A stretch of DNA of 64,000 nt, taken from Chloroflexota bacterium (lineage in GTDB: Bacteria > Chloroflexota > UBA11872 > VXOZ01). Shown here piece by piece: positions 39,331 to 49,203 of the stretch. The stretch covers positions 1,056,001 through 1,120,000 of the forward strand of contig OZ219802.1 in NCBI GenBank assembly GCA_964291655.2, given 5' to 3'. The notes beneath the pieces are model-generated. The model made no database searches. It was given only the letters and a program-made list of their open reading frames with translations, and was not told the origin of the DNA. The position numbers and the translations under genes are program-made. Position 1 is the stretch's first letter; each line of letters opens with the position of its first letter.

Positions 39331-40309
39331 AGCTCAATGCCCCTTTAGTCGCCCGGTACCTGGACCGCCGTTCGCATTCCCTGTAGAATCCTCTAATCTC
39401 TTCCCCCACAGATACTACAGTATCGGTACCAATCTCTGTCCATTGTATGCCCTTTTGCTTGCGGAACCAAGTCTCCTGACGTTTGGCGAGCTGGTGCGTG
39501 GCATACTTGGTCTGCTGGATTGCCTCCGTCAAAGTGCATGATCCCTGCAAGTAGGCGGCGAGCTGGCGATACCCGGCGCTCTGCATGCTCGGAAGGTCGG
39601 TCGCAATGCCTGCGGCGAGCAAGTCTTCGACCTCTGCAATGAAGCCATCCGCAATCATGCGGTCAACGCGTTCGTCGATGCGCTGATACAAGCTGTCGCG
39701 GTCGGTGCGCAGTCCGATCTGCAAGATGGGGAATGAGGGCGGACGGCGTTTGCGCTGCGCAGAGAACGGCTCGCCGGTAACTATGCTGACCTCTAAGGCA
39801 CGAATGAGCCGCCGGGGATTATGCCGATCTATTTGCGCCGCAGCTGCGGGATCTAGGCGCAGCAATTGTGCAAACAGAGCGTCGATGCCCTCGTCCCGCA
39901 TTGTCTGTTCAAGCTCCGCCCGCAACTCAGGTTCAGGCGGCACAGCAGGAAGTTCCAGGCCGTCTACGATGGACTGGACATACAGTCCGGTACCGCCCAC
40001 GAGCCACGGGCGCTTGCGGCGGGCAACGAGCTGCTGAATCGCGGCCTCTGCTTGCTCGCGCCAAACCGAAACAGAGTAGGAAGCGCTATCCGCTGGCGCC
40101 ACGTCCACAACGTGGTGAGTCACCTGTTTTCGTTCCGCCAGCGTCGGTTTTGCCGTACCGATGTCCAAACCGCAATAGACCTGGCGGGAATCGGCGCTGA
40201 CAATCTCCGCACCAAACTCTGCCGCGAGGGCCATAGCCACCGCACTCTTGCCCACGGCGGTAGCGCCGACGATAGTTACGAGGGCGTCGGGCACGATGCC
40301 TGTGTTCAT
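39320..40309 (-). CDS. miaA: tRNA dimethylallyltransferase
   Basis: GATAVGKS, SADSRQVY, DIGTAKP, VGGTGLY, RRLIRALEV and AKRQETWFR. Confidence 0.97.
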   Translation of the reverse strand: MNTGIVPDALVTIVGATAVGKSAVAMALAAEFGAEIVSADSRQVYCGLDIGTAKPTLAERKQVTHHVVDVAPADSASYSVSVWREQAEAAIQQLVARRKRPWLVGGTGLYVQSIVDGLELPAVPPEPELRAELEQTMRDEGIDALFAQLLRLDPAAAAQIDRHNPRRLIRALEVSIVTGEPFSAQRKRRPPSFPILQIGLRTDRDSLYQRIDERVDRMIADGFIAEVEDLLAAGIATDLPSMQSAGYRQLAAYLQGSCTLTEAIQQTKYATHQLAKRQETWFRKQKGIQWTEIGTDTVVSVGEEIRGFYRECERRSRYRATKGALSCGG

Positions 40310-40463
40310 GGAACAAGCAAGACGCAGAGCATAGGGATGATGTCATGCCGCAGCAAGCGGCAACAGAAATTCTGCAATACCTGATTCATGATACGTGCAG
40401 AGGGTCACATGTACTGACCCAGGAGAACTGCCTACTATGGCGAACGGGGATCTGCCCCAGCCA

Positions 40464-41192
40464 CTACATCAGGCTTGCCCCGAGCACCAGCTCCGGCACA
40501 AACGCGCGGGGAGGGAGAGCAGCAATAAAGAGCGCCGCCTCCGCCACGTCTTCCGGTTGTAGCATCTTGGCAAATGCTTCCGGCGGCGGCGGCTCCGGCC
40601 GTTTTTCCATCAGCGGTGTTTCACAGGGGCCGGGAAAAACCACCGAAACACGAATGCCGCGGTCACGCTCCTCCATCATGGTGCCGTGCGCCAGTCCGCG
40701 TACGCCATGTTTCGTAGCTTGGTAGGCAATACCGGCAACCACGTTGGGCTTTTGCACGGCATCTGAAGAGTAGTGGATAATCGTGCCGGCGCCCTGCTCG
40801 CGCATAGTCGGCAAGACCGCATCTACGAGATTGTAGGCAACCGTAAGATTGTGCGCGATCATCATATCCCAATCCGCGGGCCCCATCTCAGTAAAGGCGC
40901 GGTTCTTGATATTGGTGCCCACGCTGTTGACCAGCACGTCAATTTTGCCAAACTGCTCGCGAGCCCGCTCGGCCATGGCAGCAACAGCGGCGCGGTCATT
41001 CGCATCAGTCGGCACTGCCAATGCGGTGCCGCCGTTCTGTGTAATTTCGTCCACCAGCGCGGCGAGCTTTTCAGTGCTGCGCGCCGTCACGACCACGGCT
41101 GCGCCTTCCTGAGCAAAGAGTCGCGCCGTCGCCGCGCCCATGCCGGAACTGGCGCCGCCTACTATGGCTACCATGTCATTCAGTTTTCCCAC
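40464..41192 (-). CDS. Short-chain dehydrogenase/reductase
   Basis: GASSGMG, IDVLVNSVG and YQATK catalytic motif. Start approximate. Confidence 0.92.
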   Translation of the reverse strand: MGKLNDMVAIVGGASSGMGAATARLFAQEGAAVVVTARSTEKLAALVDEITQNGGTALAVPTDANDRAAVAAMAERAREQFGKIDVLVNSVGTNIKNRAFTEMGPADWDMMIAHNLTVAYNLVDAVLPTMREQGAGTIIHYSSDAVQKPNVVAGIAYQATKHGVRGLAHGTMMEERDRGIRVSVVFPGPCETPLMEKRPEPPPPEAFAKMLQPEDVAEAALFIAALPPRAFVPELVLGASLM

Positions 41193-41265
41193 GCGTCCCC
41201 AAACTCCCTTCACGGCACGTTGCTACTGCATTCGCGCCAACTCTCAATTAGTTTGTCGGTCACCA

Positions 41266-42066
41266 CTAGTCTACATCTGCCCCAAGTTCATCCAGCAGCC
41301 CGTGCAAGTATTCGCGGGCGCGCGTGGCCTCGTGGTGGACTTCCTCAATGGTTCCCTCGCCAAGTTGCTCAATCATGCAGGGACCGTCAAAGTCGTGGTC
41401 GCGCAGGATTGTAAAGAGCGCCTTAAAGTCAACGTCGCCGTCGCCGGGGGTCACATCCACCGAGCCATTGACGCCGCCGGTCTCATCTTTGATTGACATC
41501 CCTGCCACGTACGGCGCGAGTTCCTCAAAATCGTCCTCCGGCCGCTCGCCGGTGTAGAAGAGCACGTTGCCTGGATCGTAGAAGACCTTCAAATTATCGG
41601 AACTAATGCGCTTCATGAGCGCCACCAACCCTCGCGCGGTGGCCGTCACACCGCCGTGGGGCTTCATCATCACCACGATGCCTTTGCTCTTGGCATACTC
41701 CGCGGCTTCTTCCATGAGTTGCAGGAACTGATCGTAAAGCGCCTCGTCATTGGTGCCGCTATTGTGCATGTAGGTCGCGCCCAGCGTGTGGCTATTGTCC
41801 ACATAGCTGTGTAGCGCCGAGCGGGCAACGGATTCATCGCCCCACGGAATGCTCGTATAGTTCTCCAAGTTCTTTAGGTTGTACTTCTCAAGCAACCTGG
41901 CGAGGTTTGCTACCTGGTCTGCGGACGCGTTGGGCGGCAACGGCGGGCCATCCCCCGCTGTCATGAATCCGAAATTCTTGAACCCCGCCTGCGCTGTACC
42001 TTCCATCGAGACCTCCAACGCATACTTGGTCCAAGGCCGACTGAAACACCCCAGGTGTACTTTCAT
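41266..42066 (-). CDS. Sugar phosphate isomerase/epimerase (xylose-isomerase-like TIM barrel)
   Basis: KPHGG, YDPGN, IKD, GDGDVDF and MIE motifs. Confidence 0.85.
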   Translation of the reverse strand: MKVHLGCFSRPWTKYALEVSMEGTAQAGFKNFGFMTAGDGPPLPPNASADQVANLARLLEKYNLKNLENYTSIPWGDESVARSALHSYVDNSHTLGATYMHNSGTNDEALYDQFLQLMEEAAEYAKSKGIVVMMKPHGGVTATARGLVALMKRISSDNLKVFYDPGNVLFYTGERPEDDFEELAPYVAGMSIKDETGGVNGSVDVTPGDGDVDFKALFTILRDHDFDGPCMIEQLGEGTIEEVHHEATRAREYLHGLLDELGADVD

Positions 42067-42299
42067 GAGATTCCTCTCTATAGGCGCTAAGAAGAGTGAT
42101 GGCACGTATCAAAGGTGACGGGCAGAACGTAGCATGCGGCTGCACACGCTGTCAACGCGGGAGGCTGGCGGCTAGCAGGCAGCAGTGTTGTTTCGCCGCG
42201 TCAAAATTACGCTAGAAGAACCGGCGCAGCCTCGGGCAAAGGGCTGTGCGGTCGTGTCTTGCCTCCGGCACTCCGCCGGGACTCTGTATACTGGTGCAC

Positions 42300-43157
42300 A
42301 TGGAAGAACGTCTGCAAAAGTTCCTTGCTCGCTGCGGCGTGGTGTCCCGCCGGCGCGCTGAAGTCTTGATTGTCCAAGGCCGGATTGCCGTAAACGGGAA
42401 GGCGGTGTCGGTGCTGGGCACGAAGGTGGACCCCGTTCGCGACAGAGTATCGCTGGATGGCAAGACGGTCGCGCCGCCGACTGCGCTTACCTACCTGGCC
42501 TTGCACAAACCGGCCGGATTCCTGGCAACCCGTGAAGACCCGCACGGTCGCCGCACCGTTTACGACCTGCTGCCTCAAAATTGCGCCCATCTGGTTCCGG
42601 TGGGTCGCCTCGATTTCCAGAGCGAAGGACTGCTCTTCTTCACCGATGACGGCGCATGGGCCAATCACGTCGCGCATCCCCGCTACGGCGGCGAGAAGGA
42701 GTACGCGGTCCTGGTAAACGGTCGCTTGATTTCCCAACAGCAGGAAGCACTGCGCGCGCCTATGGTCCTGGACGGATATCAACTCAATGCCATCAAAATG
42801 CAGTTGATGCATCGCGAGGGTGAAGGTACGTGGATGACGATCACCCTCACAGAGGGGCGCAAGCGGCAGATCCGTCAGATGCTCGCGGCAATTGGCAAAC
42901 ACGCCCTGCGCCTGATCCGAGTCCGCATTGGCCCGGTCCGCCTCGGCAAATTAGCGCCGGGAGAATTCCGCCCGCTGTCGCAGAATGAAGTCGAGCATTG
43001 GCATGACCCACCGCAAAGCCCTCACCCGCAACGAAAAGCGGCCGCGCCTGCATCGCTTCGGCAAAGTGCACCTCCTACAAACACAACCGGAGACGGCAGG
43101 GCAGACACATCCTTCGCCAGCGCCGCGGTCGGGATACGCCACAGTGATCACGTCTGA
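42300..43157 (+). CDS. rluB: 23S rRNA pseudouridine synthase, RsuA/RluB family
   Basis: S4 domain ERLQKFLA..SRRRAE, PVGRLD, EGRKRQIR. Adjacent to cmk. Confidence 0.88.
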   Translation: MEERLQKFLARCGVVSRRRAEVLIVQGRIAVNGKAVSVLGTKVDPVRDRVSLDGKTVAPPTALTYLALHKPAGFLATREDPHGRRTVYDLLPQNCAHLVPVGRLDFQSEGLLFFTDDGAWANHVAHPRYGGEKEYAVLVNGRLISQQQEALRAPMVLDGYQLNAIKMQLMHREGEGTWMTITLTEGRKRQIRQMLAAIGKHALRLIRVRIGPVRLGKLAPGEFRPLSQNEVEHWHDPPQSPHPQRKAAAPASLRQSAPPTNTTGDGRADTSFASAAVGIRHSDHV

Positions 43158-43854
43158 AATACCTCTTACGATCACCATTGACGGCACCGCGGGATCGGGC
43201 AAGAGCGCACTCGGGAGCCTCCTTGCCGCGCGATTAAACTACCTCTTCGTTGACACCGGCGCTTTCTACCGAGCCCTGACTCTCGCCGCTCTGCGCGCGC
43301 AATTACCTTTAGAGAATGGTCCCGCGCTGGCGGCGTTGGCTCAGACGCTGGATATCCGCATCGTGCCTCCTACCGTTGCCGACAGCCGTCAGTTCACCCT
43401 CTTGCTGGGCACGGCAGACGTCACCTGGGAGCTTCGCAGCGAGGCGGTTGATGCCGGTGTGTCACCGGTTGCGGCACAACCGGAAGCGCGCGCAGCCCTG
43501 CTGCCCATGCAGCAGCGCCTGGCCCGCAAGAAAGGCGTGGTGATGGTGGGACGTGATATCGGCACCGTGGTCTGCCCGGAAGCCGAGGTAAAAGTTTACC
43601 TCGTCGCTGACCTCGCCACCCGTGCCAAGCGCCGCCAGCAAGAGCTCGCGACACGAGGCGCGTCAATCACTGACGACGACGTAGCCCGGAATCTCGCCGC
43701 CCGCGACCGCATTGACAGCAGCCGGGACGCGGCACCGCTTGCACAGCCTCCCGATGCTATCGTGCTTGATACCGGCAAACTTTCACTGGAGGAAGAACTC
43801 GCGACAGTCCTCGTCAGAATTAAAGCAGTGCGTGATGCTTTGGCCGCAGAATAG
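43144..43854 (+). CDS. cmk: Cytidylate kinase
   Basis: TIDGTAGSGKS, DTGAFYRA, GRDIGTVV and RDRIDSSR..PL. Confidence 0.95.
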   Translation: MITSEIPLTITIDGTAGSGKSALGSLLAARLNYLFVDTGAFYRALTLAALRAQLPLENGPALAALAQTLDIRIVPPTVADSRQFTLLLGTADVTWELRSEAVDAGVSPVAAQPEARAALLPMQQRLARKKGVVMVGRDIGTVVCPEAEVKVYLVADLATRAKRRQQELATRGASITDDDVARNLAARDRIDSSRDAAPLAQPPDAIVLDTGKLSLEEELATVLVRIKAVRDALAAE

Positions 43855-43917
43855 ACCCCAACATCGTCATCAACGTGGTGAGATTTACATTTTCTTAAAG
43901 AAAATCTTTTAATTCTC

Positions 43918-43947
43918 TTGCGCTCTGTCGCTGGATGTGGTTATAAT
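43918..43947 (+). promoter_or_regulatory. Putative sigma70-type promoter
   Basis: TTGCGC-N18-TATAAT with an AT-rich upstream tract. Confidence 0.55.
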
Positions 43948-44081
43948 TGAAATCAGAGATTGGATAACCAGATGCTACTGGGGGAAAGTGGAAAGGGCTC
44001 CCTAAAGGGTTCGCCCAGGCGCCTCTACCATTGTGCGGCGCATGCCACCCAGCGGCACTTACGAGAAAGGAGTTAGTCATC

Positions 44082-44321
44082 ATGGAGGATACGCATAAAG
44101 CCGGTAACGGTGATGCCAATAAAGAGGCGCCGGAGCAGCCATTCTTCCGCGTAACCATCGAACTACGCAACTCACCCGGTGACGCGTTTGAGAACCTGCA
44201 GGAGAGGTTGAGCCAGAAGGCGAACGCTGTCCTCGACTTTATCCGACGCGGCGTAGAAATCAGGGTCGAGACCAAAGCCAAAGGCGGTCAGGACAAGGCC
44301 GAGCGCATCACCATCGAATAG
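44082..44321 (+). CDS. Small hypothetical protein (79 aa)
   Basis: AAGGAG RBS and a plausible charged protein sequence ending ERITIE. Confidence 0.7.
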   Translation: MEDTHKAGNGDANKEAPEQPFFRVTIELRNSPGDAFENLQERLSQKANAVLDFIRRGVEIRVETKAKGGQDKAERITIE

Positions 44322-44516
44322 TCTTCCGGCAATGCACTGAGCCGCAACGGTCTCCGCCGAGGGGACTCGAGGGCGCGGTCGGTTCAGTTTCTGCACGACA
44401 CGACGCAGGTCTCCAACATTGGAGGCCTGCGTTGCGTTTAGACCAGGAAAGAGGCACGCCCACACACAGGCATGAACGCGCAAAGCGCCAACACTTAGGT
44501 GGATTTGCGGCAATTC

Positions 44517-46394
44517 TCACTGCCGCGCCGGAGGATCTGTGGCGACGTTGCGGCCCTCGCCACCCTCAGGATAGCGCTCAGCCGTGACCACGCCGCCGAG
44601 CCCTTGGGCAATGTAGTTGGCGATTGCCTGCTGGTATGTGACACCAAGCGAAAAGAACGGCGCGTCGCGGAAGGGGTACTCATCGCCGCCGAGTGCAAGG
44701 AAATTTAGTGTCGCAACGTGCACGGGGCCCGCATCTGCTACGACGTCACCATCCCGCACCAGCCAGGTACCGTCGCCAAGCTGCACGCTGCGAATTCGCG
44801 TGCCCGGCGTGACCACCCGGCCGTCGTCATCGAGCACCTGTGAGGTACCGTTCGGATCCCAGGTCATGGAGAAACCGGCTATCTGCGGGAACCGACCGTC
44901 AATGTGCTCGACCCGCGAAACGGCGTTCTCGAGAATCTCTTTGAATTGTTCTACCGACACATTTGGCACGATGGCAAGGAAGTTCGGGAACGGGGCCATG
45001 TTATAGATGTCAAGTTCGTACAATGTGCCTGCCGGGAGCACGTTGTCATTGCGAATGCCGCCGCCGTTTTGGAGCGCCACTTCTGCACCTTGGACGCTGT
45101 AGCGGTCCGCTAGTTCATTCGCCTGCCATAGCAAGGCGTCAGCAATGAGATTACCCTGGTTCGTCTCGCGCGTCCGGACTGCATGCCTTTGTCCGTCCAG
45201 TGACACTTCGGTGGTACCGACAGTGGTAGCCGCCAGGCCGCTGATGAAGTCCGCTACCGGAACTACAACGAGTTCCTGCACCGTCGGGTGAGGTTCCACG
45301 GCGTCCAGATGGTCGCCCCCGGCCACGCGCACCGGCCCGCTGGCGGAGTCAATCGACGTAATAGTTCCGTTCACGTCAAATTCCACGATCAAGCGGCCCA
45401 CGTACGTGTACCGGCCCGGCGCACCCAACACCGGTACGTCATTGCCATCGGCATCCGAGGCCAAGAGCGGATATGTGCCGAATACTTTTTCCTTGTCACC
45501 GGGCACCAGCAGGTCACTCTCGTTTGCCAGCAACTCGTCGCCGCCGCCGGCAATCAATATGTCAACCCCACGCAGCGCGGCGCCAAGCGCCACGTCTCCC
45601 GCGATCCCCTGCAGGTGACTCACGACGATGATCTTGTTTATGCCCGCAGCTTCCATTGCATTGATCTCCTGCTGGACTACCGCCGCAACATCCTTCGCGA
45701 TCTGCACGTTGCGCGGACTGGAGAGATAACGGAGACCCGGCGTTGTGGCACCGATGATGCCAACGCGTTCTCCGTTGACTTCAAGTACTGCGCTGGGGGC
45801 AAGGCGGCCGGCAGCTGCGAGCGCGGCAAGCCGCGGCTCGCCACTAAAATCAAGGTTGGCGCTGATAAAGGGAACAGTTGACGTAGAGCCACTGATTGCA
45901 TCAGCTAAGACGTCCGGTCCAAAATCAAACTCATGGTTGCCCAGCACCATCGCATCGTAGCCGATGAGATCAAGGGCGATAATATCGTAGAACGGCGCGG
46001 ACTCACGCTCCAGACTCGCGCTGAACTCCGGTCCCGCGCGGAAATTGTCACCGGCTGAGACTACCAGCACACTGCTGCCGCTGGCATGGGCTTCCTGTCT
46101 GAGCTTGGCCACCAGTGTGGCAAAGCGAGCCACACCGCCAAAGTCTTCCCGGTCCCTCCCGGCATGTATGAGCTGGGATTCACCGTCATTGTTGTGCAAG
46201 ATCGTGAGTCGAAACGCTTGCGGTACGGGCGTGGCCGCTCGCGTTACCACCGGAGTGGGCATGGCGGTCGATTCGGGACTTGGGCTTGGAGCAGTTAACG
46301 GTACAGCAGTCGCGCACGCGGATAGTGTGAACAACAGCGCGAGCAGAATTGCAGGTATATAGAGCGGCGAGCGCTTCGCCGGACAGGATGTCAT
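44517..46394 (-). CDS. Bifunctional metallophosphatase/5'-nucleotidase lipoprotein
   Basis: LSAC lipobox, LHNNDGES, AGDNF, GNHEFDFG, GNLIADA and NGGGIR. Start approximate. Confidence 0.92.
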   Translation of the reverse strand: MTSCPAKRSPLYIPAILLALLFTLSACATAVPLTAPSPSPESTAMPTPVVTRAATPVPQAFRLTILHNNDGESQLIHAGRDREDFGGVARFATLVAKLRQEAHASGSSVLVVSAGDNFRAGPEFSASLERESAPFYDIIALDLIGYDAMVLGNHEFDFGPDVLADAISGSTSTVPFISANLDFSGEPRLAALAAAGRLAPSAVLEVNGERVGIIGATTPGLRYLSSPRNVQIAKDVAAVVQQEINAMEAAGINKIIVVSHLQGIAGDVALGAALRGVDILIAGGGDELLANESDLLVPGDKEKVFGTYPLLASDADGNDVPVLGAPGRYTYVGRLIVEFDVNGTITSIDSASGPVRVAGGDHLDAVEPHPTVQELVVVPVADFISGLAATTVGTTEVSLDGQRHAVRTRETNQGNLIADALLWQANELADRYSVQGAEVALQNGGGIRNDNVLPAGTLYELDIYNMAPFPNFLAIVPNVSVEQFKEILENAVSRVEHIDGRFPQIAGFSMTWDPNGTSQVLDDDGRVVTPGTRIRSVQLGDGTWLVRDGDVVADAGPVHVATLNFLALGGDEYPFRDAPFFSLGVTYQQAIANYIAQGLGGVVTAERYPEGGEGRNVATDPPARQ

Positions 46395-46700
46395 TATGTC
46401 TCTCTGCGGTCTCTTGCGCGCCATGTGTGCACCACACGACTCTATGGCATGCCGCGAGAGACTCTTGAGGCGAGCTATGGTGGCATTCATGCCGTTTCTG
46501 CCTTTCGAATTCCTACCCTCTGACCAAAGCTGTGTGGCCCGCCCGCAGCGGGATTCACGTTGCACCATAGCAGTGTACGCGTAGAGTATACGGCAAGCAC
46601 AATTCCAGGAACCCCAACACAACACTATGCCACTCATTCGCCCGAGCAGTTTCCTGGCCATGGCAATTGTGAGACAGCGATCACGGATAACCTGCAAGCG

Positions 46701-47177
46701 CTATTGCGATGGAGGTTGGGATGCCTGCGCGGCCGCAGCCGAGGACTGTTCAGCTACCGGCGAGCGTCTTATGTCGCGCAGGCGCAGCACAAGAGCAACG
46801 CCCATCAGACCAATGGCGGCAAGCGAGAATAAGGGTTGGATCGGCTCAAAATACGTAAGCGCGCCACTGGCGCCGGCGAGAGCAAGCACCACTTTATTGC
46901 AGACCGGACAGCCTATGCCCACAAAGAGCAGCAGGCCACTGCCGAGAGCTTTTGAGTCTTGAAGCGAGCAGCTCCTAGGCACGCCGTACGTCGCCCCAAG
47001 CATCACGGCCAGGGCAGGAATGGCTCCCAGGTAAACATAGTCAGTGGGGCGTGCCTCGAGGGGACGGACAAAATACTGGTTCGGGATCACGCCGCTGGGA
47101 ATACCCACGAGCAGCAGCACCGCCAGCCCCATGCCACCGCCGTATACGAGCGCTTTCCAAACTATAGGCCTCTGCAT
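46701..47177 (-). CDS. Hypothetical four-helix membrane protein with CxxC motif
   Basis: Hydrophobic segments, IPNQYFVR and GCPVCNK. Confidence 0.75.
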   Translation of the reverse strand: MQRPIVWKALVYGGGMGLAVLLLVGIPSGVIPNQYFVRPLEARPTDYVYLGAIPALAVMLGATYGVPRSCSLQDSKALGSGLLLFVGIGCPVCNKVVLALAGASGALTYFEPIQPLFSLAAIGLMGVALVLRLRDIRRSPVAEQSSAAAAQASQPPSQ

Positions 47178-47269
47178 AAACGCTATCTCACGTACTTCAC
47201 GTCTTTACCGAATTAGCACTCTCATCCCCAAAATATCATCGCACACACCAATCAAGACCGCCGATCCTT

Positions 47270-47400
47270 CCCTCTCCCGGGGGGAGCCCTTCAATTTTGG
47301 AGTGGCCCTCCACTCTGCCAATCTTTGCCGTCTCCAACTATCCCCACTCCTCGGGGAGAGGGCTAGAGCCTGCCCCGTGCTTGATACGGGGGTGAGGGAA
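47270..47400. repeat. Cluster of CCCTCTCC-type REP palindromes, one with a GCCCCGT..ATACGGG hairpin insert
   Basis: CCCTCTCCCGGGGGGAG, then CCCACTCCTCGGGGAGAGGGCT-AGAGCCTGCCCCGTGCTTGATACGGG-GGTGAGGG. Confidence 0.75.
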
Positions 47401-47465
47401 GCTCTTCACTTTCACTGTGCCCCCCACTCAGCCAGTCTTACCCGTCTCCGCTTATCCCCTCTCCT

Positions 47466-47753
47466 TGTACAGACCGGGGACATAGGTAACAGTTGTTCGG
47501 GGACATGGGTTACACATTTTACTGATTGACACCTACGAGAGCATTGGGTTGGTCCGGGTTTGATAAGAGACTGGCGACACAGTGCACTCACTTTCAGCCT
47601 GTCAGCTTGTGCCAGAGAAACAAACTGTGTGCATAAGGATATTGAGCGGATCTAACTTTCAAGGCAAGGACATCGCATACTACGAAAATCCCCTCGTTCT
47701 ATGGTGTAACCTATGTGCCCGAACATGTGTAACCCATGTACCCGGTCTATACA
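47466..47753. mobile_element. 288-bp non-autonomous IS481-like element (MITE)
   Basis: TGT..ACA ends, ~50-bp imperfect terminal inverted repeats (TGTACAGACCGGGGACATAGGTAACA.. versus ..TGTAACCCATGTACCCGGTCTATACA), 5-bp flanking duplication CTCCT, no transposase. Confidence 0.85.
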
Positions 47754-47937
47754 CTCCTCGGGGAGAGGGTTAGGGTGAGGGGACTTCTTCCCCGTCCCAA
47801 CCTCTCTCTATGTTTTGGGATTTTCGTCCCAGGCTCTGCACTGATCACATCGCTGCAAACCCATCACTGCCTGCTCCGAGCCACGATATCAGTTTCCGCT
47901 TCAGTAGGCTTGTTGGGCTATAAGCGGCGCGGTCTGC

Positions 47938-48696
47938 CTAGGCCTTCCTCCTCGCGGTCAGAATGAGGCGGCTGCTCTCGGGAGCAAGCGGTTCACCGTC
48001 CAGGCTACCAAAGAAATCAAGTCGTTCCAGACCCGCGAGATTCAGCATTCGTTCCAGTTCATGCGGCAAGTAGACCCGCACCCGTAGCTCGCGCTCAATG
48101 CGCTCGCCCTCAGGCGTGATGATAACGCGGCTCGTATGTTGGCACCCCGTCTCGTAGTCCATGCGGTTCCTATTCACCATTGCGTAGCCGGTGGAAGCCA
48201 TCTCCGAGTCTTCCCAGGCCTGCTTCTGGTAGGTCTGGATCGGATTTGCCATTTCCATCACGAAACGGCCGCCGGGACGCAGCACCGCCGCCACGTCGTT
48301 CAGCACCTTCTGGTCCTCGTCATCGCTCTCCAGATAGCCAAGCGCCGTAAACCAGTTGACCACCCCATCAAACGCACAGTCGAACGGCAGCGCGCGCATG
48401 TCGCCCTGCACAAGGTTAACGTCCAGGCCGCGTATCCGTCCGTCTTTGTAAGCCTGGCGCATGAGCACGTCCGAGCGGTCAAGTCCGATCACCGTGTAGC
48501 CCTGGATTGCCAGGTGAATAAGGTGGCGGCCCTGGCCGCACGCCAGGTCTAGCAACGTTGACCCCGGCCGCAGTTCGAGCAACCGCTCGATCGCCTCCAC
48601 CTCCGGCACCGTGTACCGGTCGCCAATCAGATCGGCGTACGTCGCCAGATAGAGTTCATCAAAACGGTTGCGATTTGCCGATCCTTGTGCCGGCAT
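47938..48696 (-). CDS. Class I SAM-dependent methyltransferase
   Basis: LLDLACGQGRH, GLDRS, QGDMR, FTALGY and LRPGGRF. Confidence 0.92.
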   Translation of the reverse strand: MPAQGSANRNRFDELYLATYADLIGDRYTVPEVEAIERLLELRPGSTLLDLACGQGRHLIHLAIQGYTVIGLDRSDVLMRQAYKDGRIRGLDVNLVQGDMRALPFDCAFDGVVNWFTALGYLESDDEDQKVLNDVAAVLRPGGRFVMEMANPIQTYQKQAWEDSEMASTGYAMVNRNRMDYETGCQHTSRVIITPEGERIERELRVRVYLPHELERMLNLAGLERLDFFGSLDGEPLAPESSRLILTARRKA

Positions 48697-49203
48697 CCAA
48701 TCTTCCTCTTTTTCGTTTGAGATCGCGAATTCGAGTTGCAGCTAAAGACGTCTGCCCACTTGCTAACGGGCCAATGACTCTCCCAATCCAACTAAGTATC
48801 CCAAGGTGACTCCCGTTGAAGCGAAAGCAATCTCTGTCACTGCGGCCTCGCAGCGCAATTCCACCAAGTGTACTCTTCTCTAAGGATACTATGCCTTCAC
48901 CGCACGCGTCTTTCTCTCGAGACTAGGGGACAGAGGCAACCGAGATTTGCAGGCGACTCCTTGCCTATCGCGACACGTGGTGATTCAGCGATTTCAGCAT
49001 ACACCTCGGCTCACGGCAGATGAACAAGGCATCAGCACCCATGCGGATTCTCAGTATTGCTGCAGGTTCCAAGCTTGGAAACATGCACTGGGAAGGTTCT
49101 GCAAGCTAAGATAGATAAGGTGACTGTGGGATTGTCTCGGGTGCGCGCCTCATGCGGCGCCCGGTGACTGAAGGACTGCTCCCAAGGAAATCGAAAGAGA
49201 CTG

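Noticed and set aside
47582-47773. Transposase fragment inside the IS481-like MITE
   Set aside because: The short ORF shows no helix-turn-helix or DDE-like motif and runs past the element end.
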